Assembly: GCA_000996355.1 (NCBI GenBank)
Contig: LCAH01000001.1
Span: 85,958 to 149,957, forward strand
Direction: 5' to 3'
DNA length: 64,000 bases
Origin: Candidatus Uhrbacteria bacterium GW2011_GWC2_41_11
Lineage (GTDB): Bacteria > Patescibacteriota > Patescibacteriia > UBA9934 > GWF2-40-263
The notes under the pieces were generated by a model, which saw only the letters and a list, made by a program, of their open reading frames with translations, was not told where the DNA came from and ran no database searches. Each line of letters opens with the position of its first letter. Position 1 is the first letter of the stretch. Of the stretch, positions 36,632 through 45,824 are shown piece by piece. Position numbers and translations under genes: made by a program.

Positions 36632-37872
36632 TGATTTTTATGGATGATCTTAAACAACAACGAACCATTTTATTTATTTTTCTTTCCCTCGCTGGAGTTG
36701 TTGGTCTACTTACGGGAGCTGTTGGGGGAGCGCTCTCCGTGCTTTCTCTTTCTGATTCAGCCTGGTTACGGGAAAAAATAAAATTTGAATCAACCACAGA
36801 ACAGCAAATCGTCAATCTCATGCAAGAAGAATCGGCAACGATTGATGTGGTTGAACATGTGACTCCTGCGGTTGTGAGCATTATCGTTAAAAAACGATTA
36901 AGTGATCTTCCAACAGCAACATTTCCTTTTTTAGATGATGTTTCTTTTTTCTCTTCGTCAAAAGGTTCAATCTCTGAATCGGATCCATTGGTGGAGATTG
37001 GGGGAGGAACAGGATTTTTTATTACGACTGACGGTTTGCTTGTCACAAATAGACATGTCGTGGAAGATGAAAAGGCTCAATACACCGTGATGACAAATGA
37101 TGGAAAAGAATATGTGGCTGAGATTGTCGATCTTGATCCTTTTTATGATATTGCAGTGCTCAAAGTTTTGAATCAAACATTTCCTACGGTTGTGTTCGGT
37201 CACGCAGATTCGATTCGTATCGGACAAACCGTTATTGCCATTGGAAATACCTTGTCCGAATATCGCAATACTGTCACAAAAGGTGTTGTCTCTGGTATAA
37301 ACCGCCGTGTTTCTGCGTATGATTTTACCCGAGGGGGAGAAATTATCGAGGGGGCAATTCAGACAGATGCCGCGATCAATCCAGGAAATTCCGGTGGTCC
37401 TCTTATCAATCTGAAAGGAGAAGTTATTGGGATGAATACAGCGATCAGTGCAGAAGGAGAAGGAGTCGGGTTTGCGATTCCTATTGAGGAAGTGAAACAG
37501 GTTGTCATTTCTGTGGAACGTTTTGGTCACATCGTGAGACCGTGGCTTGGGGTGCGATTTGTGATGGTGACAGAAACAATGGCAGAAGAACAACATCTTC
37601 CTGTGGATCAAGGGGCATGGCTTGTTCCAGACGAGAAAACGAGTGATCCCGCAGTGATTCCAAAAAGTCCAGCTGACATTGCAGGATTGAAAAGCGGAGA
37701 TATTATTTTGCGGGTAAACGAAAAAGAACTTGACGAAGAATATACGCTTGCAGATGCGATTCGAACACTTGAAGCTGGAGATGCTGTTATGATTACCGTT
37801 CAACGTGGAGAAGAAATATTTGATGTACAGGTGACATTGACGGAATTTATTGATGAGGAACAAAAATTATGA
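36628..37872 (+). CDS. htrA: HtrA/DegP-family serine protease with PDZ domain
   Basis: N-terminal TM; catalytic triad context TNRHVV, DIAVLKV, GNSGGPLINLKGEVIGMNTAI; C-terminal PDZ. 4-nt overlaps with nrdR and pyk. Confidence 0.9.
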   Translation: MMIFMDDLKQQRTILFIFLSLAGVVGLLTGAVGGALSVLSLSDSAWLREKIKFESTTEQQIVNLMQEESATIDVVEHVTPAVVSIIVKKRLSDLPTATFPFLDDVSFFSSSKGSISESDPLVEIGGGTGFFITTDGLLVTNRHVVEDEKAQYTVMTNDGKEYVAEIVDLDPFYDIAVLKVLNQTFPTVVFGHADSIRIGQTVIAIGNTLSEYRNTVTKGVVSGINRRVSAYDFTRGGEIIEGAIQTDAAINPGNSGGPLINLKGEVIGMNTAISAEGEGVGFAIPIEEVKQVVISVERFGHIVRPWLGVRFVMVTETMAEEQHLPVDQGAWLVPDEKTSDPAVIPKSPADIAGLKSGDIILRVNEKELDEEYTLADAIRTLEAGDAVMITVQRGEEIFDVQVTLTEFIDEEQKL

Positions 37873-39293
37873 CAAAAGAATCTTTTTCCAAAAGAACAAA
37901 AATTGTTTGCACTATTGGACCTTCCAGTCGAGATGTTACAACGTTGCGTGCCATGATTCGAGCAGGAATGAATGTGGCACGTCTGAACTTTTCTCATGGA
38001 ACTTACACGCAGCACAAAATATTGATGAGTCATATTCTGACAGCCGGAAAAAAAGAAGGAGAGCCTGTCGCGTTGCTTCAGGATTTACAGGGACCAAAAA
38101 TCCGTTTGGGTAATGTCCCAGATGAAGGAGTTATTTTGGAAACCGGAAAGACCGTGATCCTTCAAACAGAAACAGATCATTTTGTTGCAGGAGAGATTCC
38201 TGTGTTTCCTATAACCTATTCTCACTTACACAAAGATCTTTCTGTTAGTGATCGCATTTTGATTGATGACGGGTTGTTGGAGTTAAAAACGATCCGTATT
38301 TCTGATAAACGTATTCGTGCGGAAGTTGTCCATGGAGGTCGAGTCACATCGCACAAAGGAATGAATTTTCCAGACTCGACTTTGTCTATTTCTTCTTTAA
38401 CAGAAAAAGATCGAGAAGATTTAAAATTCGGTATGCAACAGGGTGTGGATTGGGTTGCTCTTTCTTTTGTGACGTCAGCAAAAGATATTGTCTTGTTGCG
38501 TCGACTGTTAAAACAAGCGGCTCGTCCAGGGCAAAAAATTCCTCACATTTTAGCAAAAATTGAGAAGCACGAAGCCATTACTCATTTTGAAGAAATTTTG
38601 CAAGAAGTAGATGGTATTATGGTTGCGCGTGGGGATCTTGGAATGGAAATTCCAGCGGAAGAAGTTCCGTTACGGCAAAAGGAAATAGTAGAACGATGTA
38701 GACAAGTGGGAAAACCAGTGATTGTTGCAACGCAGATGCTTGATTCCATGATACGTAATCCACGGCCAACACGTGCCGAGGTTTCCGATGCGGCCAATGC
38801 GGTGATTGATCATGCGGATGCGGTCATGCTCTCCGGAGAATCTGCAACTGGTTCTTATCCGGTTGAGGCCGTTGAGATACTTGCGCGTATTGCAGTGACA
38901 ACTGAATCTTCTCCTCTTGATGATCTTCCAGATTGTGAAGATGCAGATACCCCTATGTTTGAGGCTGTGATGAGTCATTTGTTTCGATTGCTTTCCGTTC
39001 ATCATTATATTCACGGGATTGTTGCGTCTCCATCCCTTACTCTTGGATGTGAACGTCTTGGAATTTCTCGACCTCAAATTCCTTTGTTTCTAGCCTCGAG
39101 TGATCCTCAAGAAGTGCGACAACTGTGTCTTCGTTGGGGAGTACGTCCATTTTTGATGAAAGAGACGTCACCAGATTTATTTGGAAAACATGCAGTTCAA
39201 CAGTTGCGGAAACTTCAACTTGTTCGTTCAGGAATGCGTATTGCTGTTGTGCATCCGGGTCCGTTTCCAGGATTTGATTTTTTAACTGTTTAA
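37869..39293 (+). CDS. pyk: Pyruvate kinase
   Basis: KIVCTIGPSSRDVTTLRAMIRAGMNVARLNFSHG; MVARGDLGMEIP; 474 aa. Confidence 0.93.
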   Translation: MTKESFSKRTKIVCTIGPSSRDVTTLRAMIRAGMNVARLNFSHGTYTQHKILMSHILTAGKKEGEPVALLQDLQGPKIRLGNVPDEGVILETGKTVILQTETDHFVAGEIPVFPITYSHLHKDLSVSDRILIDDGLLELKTIRISDKRIRAEVVHGGRVTSHKGMNFPDSTLSISSLTEKDREDLKFGMQQGVDWVALSFVTSAKDIVLLRRLLKQAARPGQKIPHILAKIEKHEAITHFEEILQEVDGIMVARGDLGMEIPAEEVPLRQKEIVERCRQVGKPVIVATQMLDSMIRNPRPTRAEVSDAANAVIDHADAVMLSGESATGSYPVEAVEILARIAVTTESSPLDDLPDCEDADTPMFEAVMSHLFRLLSVHHYIHGIVASPSLTLGCERLGISRPQIPLFLASSDPQEVRQLCLRWGVRPFLMKETSPDLFGKHAVQQLRKLQLVRSGMRIAVVHPGPFPGFDFLTV

Positions 39294-39318
39294 GAGAAGA
39301 AATTATCTTCTGCTTCCT

Positions 39319-39528
39319 ATGGATGATTCACTTCTTTTTACTGGAAAAGCACCAGAACAAATCGTGAAGGAAGCTGTTCAAATTGTTGATCGTCTTCATC
39401 AAGATTTGCGGCAAGTGGAAGAGGAACGCAGACAACGGATGTTTCAAATTATCGAGGAAGGAGAACAACGAGCTGTGGCAAAATTATGGAAACGGATCGA
39501 ACGTTTGTTTGGCCTTGTTACAAGATAA
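39319..39528 (+). CDS. Hypothetical small protein (69 aa)
   Basis: ORF only; weak translation signals; charged and helical. Confidence 0.35.
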   Translation: MDDSLLFTGKAPEQIVKEAVQIVDRLHQDLRQVEEERRQRMFQIIEEGEQRAVAKLWKRIERLFGLVTR

Positions 39529-39536
39529 TTTTTTCT

Positions 39537-40046
39537 ATGGATGAAGATATTCAAAATCAAAAAGAACAAGAAATCGAAAGAGGGGAAGTGACACAAGAAC
39601 AGGAAGCAGAAGTTCGTGCAGACTTTAAAGATACACGTGAAGCAGAAGTGTTTTATAAAAACATTTTAGAGAGAGAAAAAAAACGTGGCAGTTCTCATGA
39701 AGAAGCATCTCGTATTGCTTTACGCGAAACACTTACACAATTGTCCAAACTTATGGATCGTCGAACAATACGTGCGGTTCGATCCATCCAAACAGGTTCA
39801 GAAATTGTTTCTAGTGCCCTTAGTCGCATCCGTGAGGAAGACGCACCCGGATTGAAACATTTTACAGCTGAGACCCTTGAGGCAATGAGGCAAGCAAAGG
39901 AACGAACACAAGCAGCTAGACAACAAATAGGAGGATTGATTGAGGTTGTTTCAGGTGGCTCTGAACCAAGATCCGAAGAAACGCAAGCTGAAATGATAAA
40001 AATTCGAAAAGAAATAGAAGAAGGAAGAAAAAAAGAATCTGTTTAA
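39537..40046 (+). CDS. Hypothetical coiled-coil protein (~169 aa)
   Basis: ORF from the internal ATG 39537, after the preceding ORF's stop. Highly charged E/R/K-rich helical sequence. Confidence 0.45.
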   Translation: MDEDIQNQKEQEIERGEVTQEQEAEVRADFKDTREAEVFYKNILEREKKRGSSHEEASRIALRETLTQLSKLMDRRTIRAVRSIQTGSEIVSSALSRIREEDAPGLKHFTAETLEAMRQAKERTQAARQQIGGLIEVVSGGSEPRSEETQAEMIKIRKEIEEGRKKESV

Positions 40047-40121
40047 ATATTTCTATACGAGGGCTTGCAGGAAAAAAGACCCACTGGTATCATAATCGCC
40101 GTTCCCATTTGGGACATTCGC

Positions 40122-40199
40122 GGATCGGTGGTGTAGCCCGGTTAACACGTCTCCCTGTCACGGAGAAGATCGAGGGTTCGAATCCCTTCCGGTCCGCCA
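40122..40199 (+). tRNA. tRNA-Asp (anticodon GTC)
   Basis: Acceptor GGATCGG/CCGGTCC; D-arm GTGT-AGCCCGGTTA-ACAC; anticodon stem TCTCC/GGAGA with loop CTGTCAC (U33, GUC, A37); T-arm GAGGG-TTCGAAT-CCCTT; discriminator G; encoded CCA. Confidence 0.9.
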
Positions 40200-40392
40200 G
40201 GACTATTCAGTATCGTGCAACCCGAGTGGCTGCAAAAGATAATGGAAAGTCCAAACCCACAAAATCGCCTTAGGGGCGATTTTGTGTTTGGGGTGAGTGT
40301 AAGTTCCTTTGAAAGTGAACTGGTTTGTTTTAGTTGTTTTTCGTTTATTTCATTACCTTACCTTGGTACTCTCTTTAGCATACCTTTGAAAT

Positions 40393-41541
40393 CTACAGAC
40401 TTTTGAGCAATGAAGATTCAAAGGTCCGAACAACCTTTTGGTCTTTTGCGAAACGCTCCTCTGCTAATTGGATGAGTTTTTGAATGAGATCGACATTCGA
40501 TACGCCAGAAGCTTTCCAATTATGGTGGTAGAGGCTGCCGGGGAGTGTATTTACCTCATTCACGAATACCTGATTCGTCTTCGAGTCGATCAAAAAGTCA
40601 ACGCGAGCAATACCGGTACAGCCCAAAACTTTGTACACCGCTTTACCAAGCTTCAAGACTTCCTTGGAGAGATCTGGAGGGATGTTTGCAGGTATCTCGC
40701 TATAGTTATTATTCACGCCCGAATCAGATCCTTTCTTGCCACCCGACAGATATTTATCTTCAAAGTTGAAAAACTCAGTCTTGTTGAGTGGGCGTTCGAT
40801 GGAAGCTGGCGTCAATATATCGTTACCCATGATTGGAAGCGTGACTTCAATAAGATTCTCAACGCTTTCTTCGACGAGCACTTTATTATCATAGTGAGAT
40901 GCGACTTCGAGCGCTTGCTCTAATTCTGACCGATCCTTAACTTTTGTGATCGCAATAGAGGAGCCGAGATGTACGGGCTTCACGAAGAGAGGCCATTGTA
41001 GCACGCTGGCACGCTCTATAAAGCCCTTTCTATCCTTCTCCCAGACATTTTGTGTGAGCCACTCGTAACGCACAACTGGTAAACCAGCCGCAGACACCAC
41101 TTGCTTTGTTAAAACTTTGTCCATCGCAACTGCAGAAGCGGCCATGTCGCAGCCTACGAAAGGTACATTCGCCATGCGAAGAATACCCATCAAGCTTCCA
41201 TCTTCTCCATATGTGCCGTGCATAGCGGGAAAGACCAGATCAATGTCGATCTTTTTTGAAACCATTCCAGAGAGGACAATAGAAAATTTCTCCCCAATAG
41301 AAAGTTGGAGTGGCTTCAGCTTTGTGAACTTGTCTTGAATATCGCCCTTAAAATAGTCCATGTAGTTCATCTGCTTTTCTGAATACCAGAGCCCTTCTTT
41401 TGTAATGTAGATTGGAATTACCTCGTACTCATCTAATGTGAGAAGTGTGTCGATAATTGGAGTATGAGCGGTGATGATTGAAACATCATGCTCCGCGCTT
41501 TTTCCGCCAAAAATGACGGCAATTGTTTTTTTGTTCTTCAT
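40393..41541 (-). CDS. ddl: D-alanine--D-alanine ligase
   Basis: IAVIFGGKSAEHDVSI; VFPAMHGTYGEDGSLMGIL; ATP-grasp region ARVDFLID...VNEVNTLPG. Start set at the internal ATG (MKNKKTIAVIFGG), just downstream of the MurF-like stop. Confidence 0.9.
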   Translation of the reverse strand: MKNKKTIAVIFGGKSAEHDVSIITAHTPIIDTLLTLDEYEVIPIYITKEGLWYSEKQMNYMDYFKGDIQDKFTKLKPLQLSIGEKFSIVLSGMVSKKIDIDLVFPAMHGTYGEDGSLMGILRMANVPFVGCDMAASAVAMDKVLTKQVVSAAGLPVVRYEWLTQNVWEKDRKGFIERASVLQWPLFVKPVHLGSSIAITKVKDRSELEQALEVASHYDNKVLVEESVENLIEVTLPIMGNDILTPASIERPLNKTEFFNFEDKYLSGGKKGSDSGVNNNYSEIPANIPPDLSKEVLKLGKAVYKVLGCTGIARVDFLIDSKTNQVFVNEVNTLPGSLYHHNWKASGVSNVDLIQKLIQLAEERFAKDQKVVRTFESSLLKSL

Positions 41542-41551
41542 AGTTTTGTTA

Positions 41552-42979
41552 TTAGATATATTGATCTGGCCAGTCGTTCTGCAAGAGAACAATGTCGCCT
41601 TTTACTGTAATGCGAGGTAAGGCGGCGAACGATTTCAAGGCCTCGTCAAACCAGATAACCTCCCCTTCATATTTTTCTTCATACAGTCCTTCCTCGATGA
41701 ACGGAGTCACGGAATTTTTAACAAGTACAACTTTTTCGATTTGAGCTCTGGCTAACTCTCTCCCAATTTCACGGTGCACTTCTTCCTTCTTGGAGCCCAT
41801 TTCAACTAAGCCCGGTGTTACATAGAAGCGTCGTCCATTTAGTGATGCGAGAAATGCAATAACCGCCTTAACGCCATCTGGATTACCGTTATAGCTGTCA
41901 TCAAGCGTTGTTACGCCATTTCTATCTACGCTTGGAGCAAGACGATGATCAAAAGGCTTTGTCTTCAACGTTCCTGCACGGATATGAGAAGGGGTGGAAC
42001 CCAATCGCCTTGCAAGATCTGCGGAAAGGGCAAGAGGTCCGATCTGGTGCAGGCCCAACAGCGAGGATCGTATTTCCATCGGAACGTTGTTCTTCTCCAT
42101 AACAAACGACGTCCCAGAAAGATCTGAATGTGCGTTCTCCATGCGCCAACTGTTAACGCCTTCACGGCTATACATGATGTGGTTCGGGCGTGCATGGTCG
42201 CGAGCCAATATACTCTCACCGTTTACGTATAAAGGTTTATCGCCGAGGAAATCAGCAAGTTCATAAATTGTCTGTACCGTTTTTTCAATAGTCTTAAATT
42301 TTTGGAGATGTGCTTCGTTGATGCCGGTAATGATTCCAATATCCGGGTTGATCAATTTACATAACCTTTTTACATCGCCGGGATAGTATTCTCCCAACTC
42401 AAAGATAAGCACCTCCTCGTTGCCTCGTAACGTTTTGATAAATTTACTGATGCCAAGTGGCGTATTATAGCTATGTGGTGGGGCAGCGACTTCTTTATCT
42501 TCCGATAGGACCGTTTTCAAAATTTCGCGCATGGACGTCTTTCCGTAACTCCCGGCGATAGCAATCTTTACTCCATGATGTTCTGCGAGCTTTTTCTTTG
42601 CAAAATAAATGATGACGAATTCGATTGGTTTCTGGACAAGCAATTGAATTATTGTGAGAGGTGCAAGGATGAGGTAACTAAGTAAGATGGGGGACAAAAT
42701 AATAATCGCGGCGCCCAGTACATGCCTAAAGGGTAGATTGGTGGCGATTATGAGCCAAAGACCAGATGAAGCAATGCTAATCAATAACATCAGGCCGACA
42801 AATACAAGTAAGACCGTTTTTGCGGACCATTTTATCTGTTTACGCTTTTCAACAAAGCGAAAATCTTTGACATCATGAAGCCATGCAAGATAATCTTGCG
42901 CCTTGTATTCGCTTGCTTGGAGCATATAGACCAAAGAACGAATATATCGAGGATGGAATCTTGAAAAAAATAGCCTCAT
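41552..42979 (-). CDS. Mur ligase family protein, MurF-like (UDP-MurNAc-tripeptide--D-Ala-D-Ala ligase-like); an N-terminal ~120-aa multi-TM segment stands in place of the usual N-domain
   Basis: Mur ligase P-loop IAIAGSYGKTSMREIL; C-terminal TPGLVEMGSKKEEVHREIGRELA resembling MurF; the first ~120 aa are hydrophobic helices; 4-nt overlap with the hydrolase gene. Confidence 0.75.
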   Translation of the reverse strand: MRLFFSRFHPRYIRSLVYMLQASEYKAQDYLAWLHDVKDFRFVEKRKQIKWSAKTVLLVFVGLMLLISIASSGLWLIIATNLPFRHVLGAAIIILSPILLSYLILAPLTIIQLLVQKPIEFVIIYFAKKKLAEHHGVKIAIAGSYGKTSMREILKTVLSEDKEVAAPPHSYNTPLGISKFIKTLRGNEEVLIFELGEYYPGDVKRLCKLINPDIGIITGINEAHLQKFKTIEKTVQTIYELADFLGDKPLYVNGESILARDHARPNHIMYSREGVNSWRMENAHSDLSGTSFVMEKNNVPMEIRSSLLGLHQIGPLALSADLARRLGSTPSHIRAGTLKTKPFDHRLAPSVDRNGVTTLDDSYNGNPDGVKAVIAFLASLNGRRFYVTPGLVEMGSKKEEVHREIGRELARAQIEKVVLVKNSVTPFIEEGLYEEKYEGEVIWFDEALKSFAALPRITVKGDIVLLQNDWPDQYI

Positions 42980-43725
42980 ACAAAAGCGTTTATTAGTTTA
43001 GCTACACGCTTTGCATCAGATACAAATACAAAATGATCAGCACCCCCTATTATTTTGAGTTGGGAGTTTTGAATGCAGTTATTTAGCGTTCTCGCGTCAG
43101 CAAGTGGCGTCTGTTGATCCTGATCACCCCAGATGAGAAGCGTTGGGAGTGTGAGCTTGCTCGCATCATCCCTTAAATCTTCGCTCACGACTTTTACAAA
43201 CGTATCTTTCAAGTTACCTGCGTTGCGGTAGTCTTCACTACCTACTGTTCGTGTAGCGTAGTTTTTTAATCGTTTTCGTATCGATGCCACAGGGATGATG
43301 GAGATAGCCATCTTGCCGATCTTGATCACCAAAGAAATGCAATGATGAAAGAATGTTTTTTGCGATACGCCTGCTGCGCCAATGAGTACAAGTTTCTTCG
43401 GGAGTAAGATCGCTGTTGCTATTGCCTTTATAGCAACTCGACCTCCAAAAGAATGAGCAATAATAGTATCAATTTCAGAAATGTTGAGTTTTTTAAGAAA
43501 TGACGCGAGGAACTGAGCGTAGTCGACAACTCCCCACGGATTGGGTGGAGTTTCACTTTTTCCAAACCCCGGAAACGAAAGTGAGACGAATCTCTTATTT
43601 TTCAGCTCACGTACGAGTGGATCAAAAGAAAACGCATTACCACCCCAGCCATGGAGCAATAATACGACCGGTCCAGAACCGGTATCTTTGTATTCAGTAT
43701 CGATGTCGTCAACAATGATCTGCAT
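42976..43725 (-). CDS. Alpha/beta-fold hydrolase
   Basis: HGWGGN oxyanion region; nucleophile elbow AHSFGG; C-terminal GGADHFV region (catalytic Asp/His). Confidence 0.8.
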   Translation of the reverse strand: MQIIVDDIDTEYKDTGSGPVVLLLHGWGGNAFSFDPLVRELKNKRFVSLSFPGFGKSETPPNPWGVVDYAQFLASFLKKLNISEIDTIIAHSFGGRVAIKAIATAILLPKKLVLIGAAGVSQKTFFHHCISLVIKIGKMAISIIPVASIRKRLKNYATRTVGSEDYRNAGNLKDTFVKVVSEDLRDDASKLTLPTLLIWGDQDQQTPLADARTLNNCIQNSQLKIIGGADHFVFVSDAKRVAKLINAFV

Positions 43726-43765
43726 GTAAGCGGTCTTGATGACGACATGTGGTGACCATCAAGTT

Positions 43766-44545
43766 TTATGAATTTTCTCTGAACCGTTGCCAGATTTGTT
43801 CGAACATCCAGCGCTGTGCGCTTGCAAATTCTTTCGATCGCACGATAAAGCCAATGATCCCTGTCTTTTCGTTAAATGAGAGCATGGCAATTTTGTCGCC
43901 AAAAATATATGTCTCATTTTCAAAGGGTGCTTTCCCCTTAACGATTCGCGTTTCACGCCTGCTCGTTTTATCAGCTTTTTGGATGTTTCGGGCTTCTGGT
44001 GAATCTGTCGCAATCAGACGAAGGGTGATGTTTTGCGCGACGCGACGTTGAATAAAGGCGTCGTGATATTCTCGAGAGAACACACGATCTTCTTCTTCGA
44101 AGTTCGACATGAGAAGAAGCTCAAAGTCAGAACCGGAAAGAATATCTTCCGTAATCTGATGTAACCCTTCAATGCCGGTGAATGTCTGAAGCACAGGACG
44201 GTCGTTACGACTCCCATATTGAGCAAGGAGTTCCGGCATGGATTCTTGGATAGATTCCACCTGCCGACGCATTCGTCGGATCTCTGTTCGCAACCTAGCA
44301 ATGATTGCTTTTGGTTCACGCGTCCAAATGATCTTGCGATTGCCCATATTCTCCTCGTCCATGAGACCAAGCTCCTGAAGTTGCTGATAGGCGGCATAAG
44401 CAGACGAACGATCCATCTTTGTTGCCTTTGCAATTTGTCCTACAGAAGAACGTCCAAGTTTATAGCTGGCAAGGAAAAAAGTGATCGCGTTTGGACTTAC
44501 ACGAAGATTTTCCAAAGAAGATTTAATACTTGTGAGCTCGGCCAT
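43766..44545 (-). CDS. TrmB-family transcriptional regulator
   Basis: N-terminal wHTH (LENLRVSPNAITFFLASYKLGRSSVGQIAKATKMDRSSAYAAYQQLQELGLM). Same length and architecture as the ORF at 58082-58855. Confidence 0.7.
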   Translation of the reverse strand: MAELTSIKSSLENLRVSPNAITFFLASYKLGRSSVGQIAKATKMDRSSAYAAYQQLQELGLMDEENMGNRKIIWTREPKAIIARLRTEIRRMRRQVESIQESMPELLAQYGSRNDRPVLQTFTGIEGLHQITEDILSGSDFELLLMSNFEEEDRVFSREYHDAFIQRRVAQNITLRLIATDSPEARNIQKADKTSRRETRIVKGKAPFENETYIFGDKIAMLSFNEKTGIIGFIVRSKEFASAQRWMFEQIWQRFRENS

Positions 44546-44634
44546 ATAATAGCGTTAGGAGTTTCTTTGTAGAAATAAATCAGACGATTTCGTTATAATA
44601 CTAGAAAAACTACTGTATTTAGTGAGAAAAGTCA

Positions 44635-44653
44635 ATCTACTAGTGTAGTAGAT
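44635..44653. promoter_or_regulatory. Perfect 8-bp inverted repeat (ATCTACTA-GTG-TAGTAGAT), about 90 bp upstream of the TrmB-like gene; candidate operator
   Basis: Palindrome seen directly. On the minus strand it abuts a TTGACT -35-like hexamer. A consensus TATAAT occurs at 44594-44599 on the plus strand. Confidence 0.3.
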
Positions 44654-45010
44654 AGTTCTACAACAATATTACATGGGTTTGCGCATCCGAAATACACGGA
44701 TTTTGTAATTTTTCATTGTTGATAATCCTCCAAGAGCCTCACAACTCAAACTTCGTAAACCAGCTTACTTTTCAGGTTCCCAAGTAGGAATCGTTTTTCC
44801 GTGACGCTGCCTTCTTTGAGTAGGTACTTCGCATACTCCATGTTATTTTAGAATTCAACCCTTCCTTTTTAACTACTGTCTCATTTTATCTCAAATCTCT
44901 CAAAAAGACCCCGACCCACTCGCCTCAAATCGCCCCAAAAATAACCGTCGAAAAACCCTTGAAATACCCCTGGTTTTTTGGTTCATAACTCATGCGTCCC
45001 GCCACATAAA

Positions 45011-45033
45011 AGCGACCCACGTGGTCGTTTTTA
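45011..45033 (+). terminator. Short GC hairpin plus T-run inside a 555-bp noncoding stretch
   Basis: gcgacc-cacgt-ggtcg followed by ttttt; no annotated plus-strand gene upstream of it. Confidence 0.3.
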
Positions 45034-45100
45034 TGTTTAACCAAAGCTTTCTTTTAGATGAGCTTCATGGTACAGTTTTCTTAATTGACTTCAGTCGATT

Positions 45101-45640
45101 ATGTGTTCGATTCAACGATTTTTCCTCGGTTTAAGCCTGATGGGTGCGTTGTGTGGGTTGCTCGTCAATGCCACGCCCACTTTCGCCTGTTCTTGTGTTC
45201 GAGCGACGTCGACTGAACAGTTTAATGATGCGACGACGGTTTTTGTTGGAAGAGTAAAAAGTATTTCCGAAGATAGTAGTTCTCGATCCGTCGACTTTAA
45301 TGTGAGTGAATCGCAGAAAGGTTCGGTCGCTGAAAACGTAACCGTGACGACCGGCTTGGGCGGTGGTGATTGCGGTTTCGATTTTGAAGTAGGTCATGAG
45401 TACATGGTCTACACCCGTGGACAAGAACAGCTTAGCACGAATATCTGCGTCGGAACCTCTTTCATTGCAAGTACTCAGGACGGCAATAGAGAAGATGACG
45501 CTGCGAGCAATCCCGAAGTATCGACTATAGAGTTGGACACCGAAGATAATTCCGTCGGTTCTTTCGTTATTATCGTGCTCATTTGCTTTTGCTTAGGTGC
45601 ATTGGTGGTGTATCTAATAGGACGTAAGAAGACCAGATAG
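45101..45640 (+). CDS. Membrane-anchored extracellular TIMP/NTR-like (metalloprotease-inhibitor-like) domain protein
   Basis: Signal peptide ending ...TFA, so the mature N-terminus would begin CSC as in TIMPs. CSCVRATSTEQFNDATTVFVGRVK aligns with TIMP CSCSP..QAFCNADVVIRAK. GDCGFDFEVGHEYMVYT...STNICVGTSF aligns with TIMP SVCG...KEYLIAG...ITLCDF. A D/S-rich linker and a C-terminal TM follow (FVIIVLICFCLGALVVYLIG-RKKTR). Confidence 0.7.
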   Translation: MCSIQRFFLGLSLMGALCGLLVNATPTFACSCVRATSTEQFNDATTVFVGRVKSISEDSSSRSVDFNVSESQKGSVAENVTVTTGLGGGDCGFDFEVGHEYMVYTRGQEQLSTNICVGTSFIASTQDGNREDDAASNPEVSTIELDTEDNSVGSFVIIVLICFCLGALVVYLIGRKKTR

Positions 45641-45824
45641 TTATGGAATAAGAGTCCCTCCACATGCCTCAAAATCATCCAGACAGAAATTGCATAAACT
45701 CCTTCGAGTCCCGTCCGTTCCGTTGTAAAAAACTCAGTTCACGCTGATTTTTTTGTATAAACAACAAACCCCGCGTCGAACGACGGTTAACCCGAGTAGG
45801 GTTTGTCGTTTCGCGCAGGGTGAA

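Noticed and set aside
36471-37863. 191-aa and 298-aa minus-strand ORFs
   Set aside because: Antisense to the well-supported htrA gene (catalytic triad and PDZ domain); Cys/His/Phe-rich junk translations.
40215-40406. 63-aa ORF just after tRNA-Asp
   Set aside because: It lies in the intergenic region, which contains a hairpin (aaaatcgcc-ttagg-ggcgatttt) and the ddl 3' end. It has no start signals.
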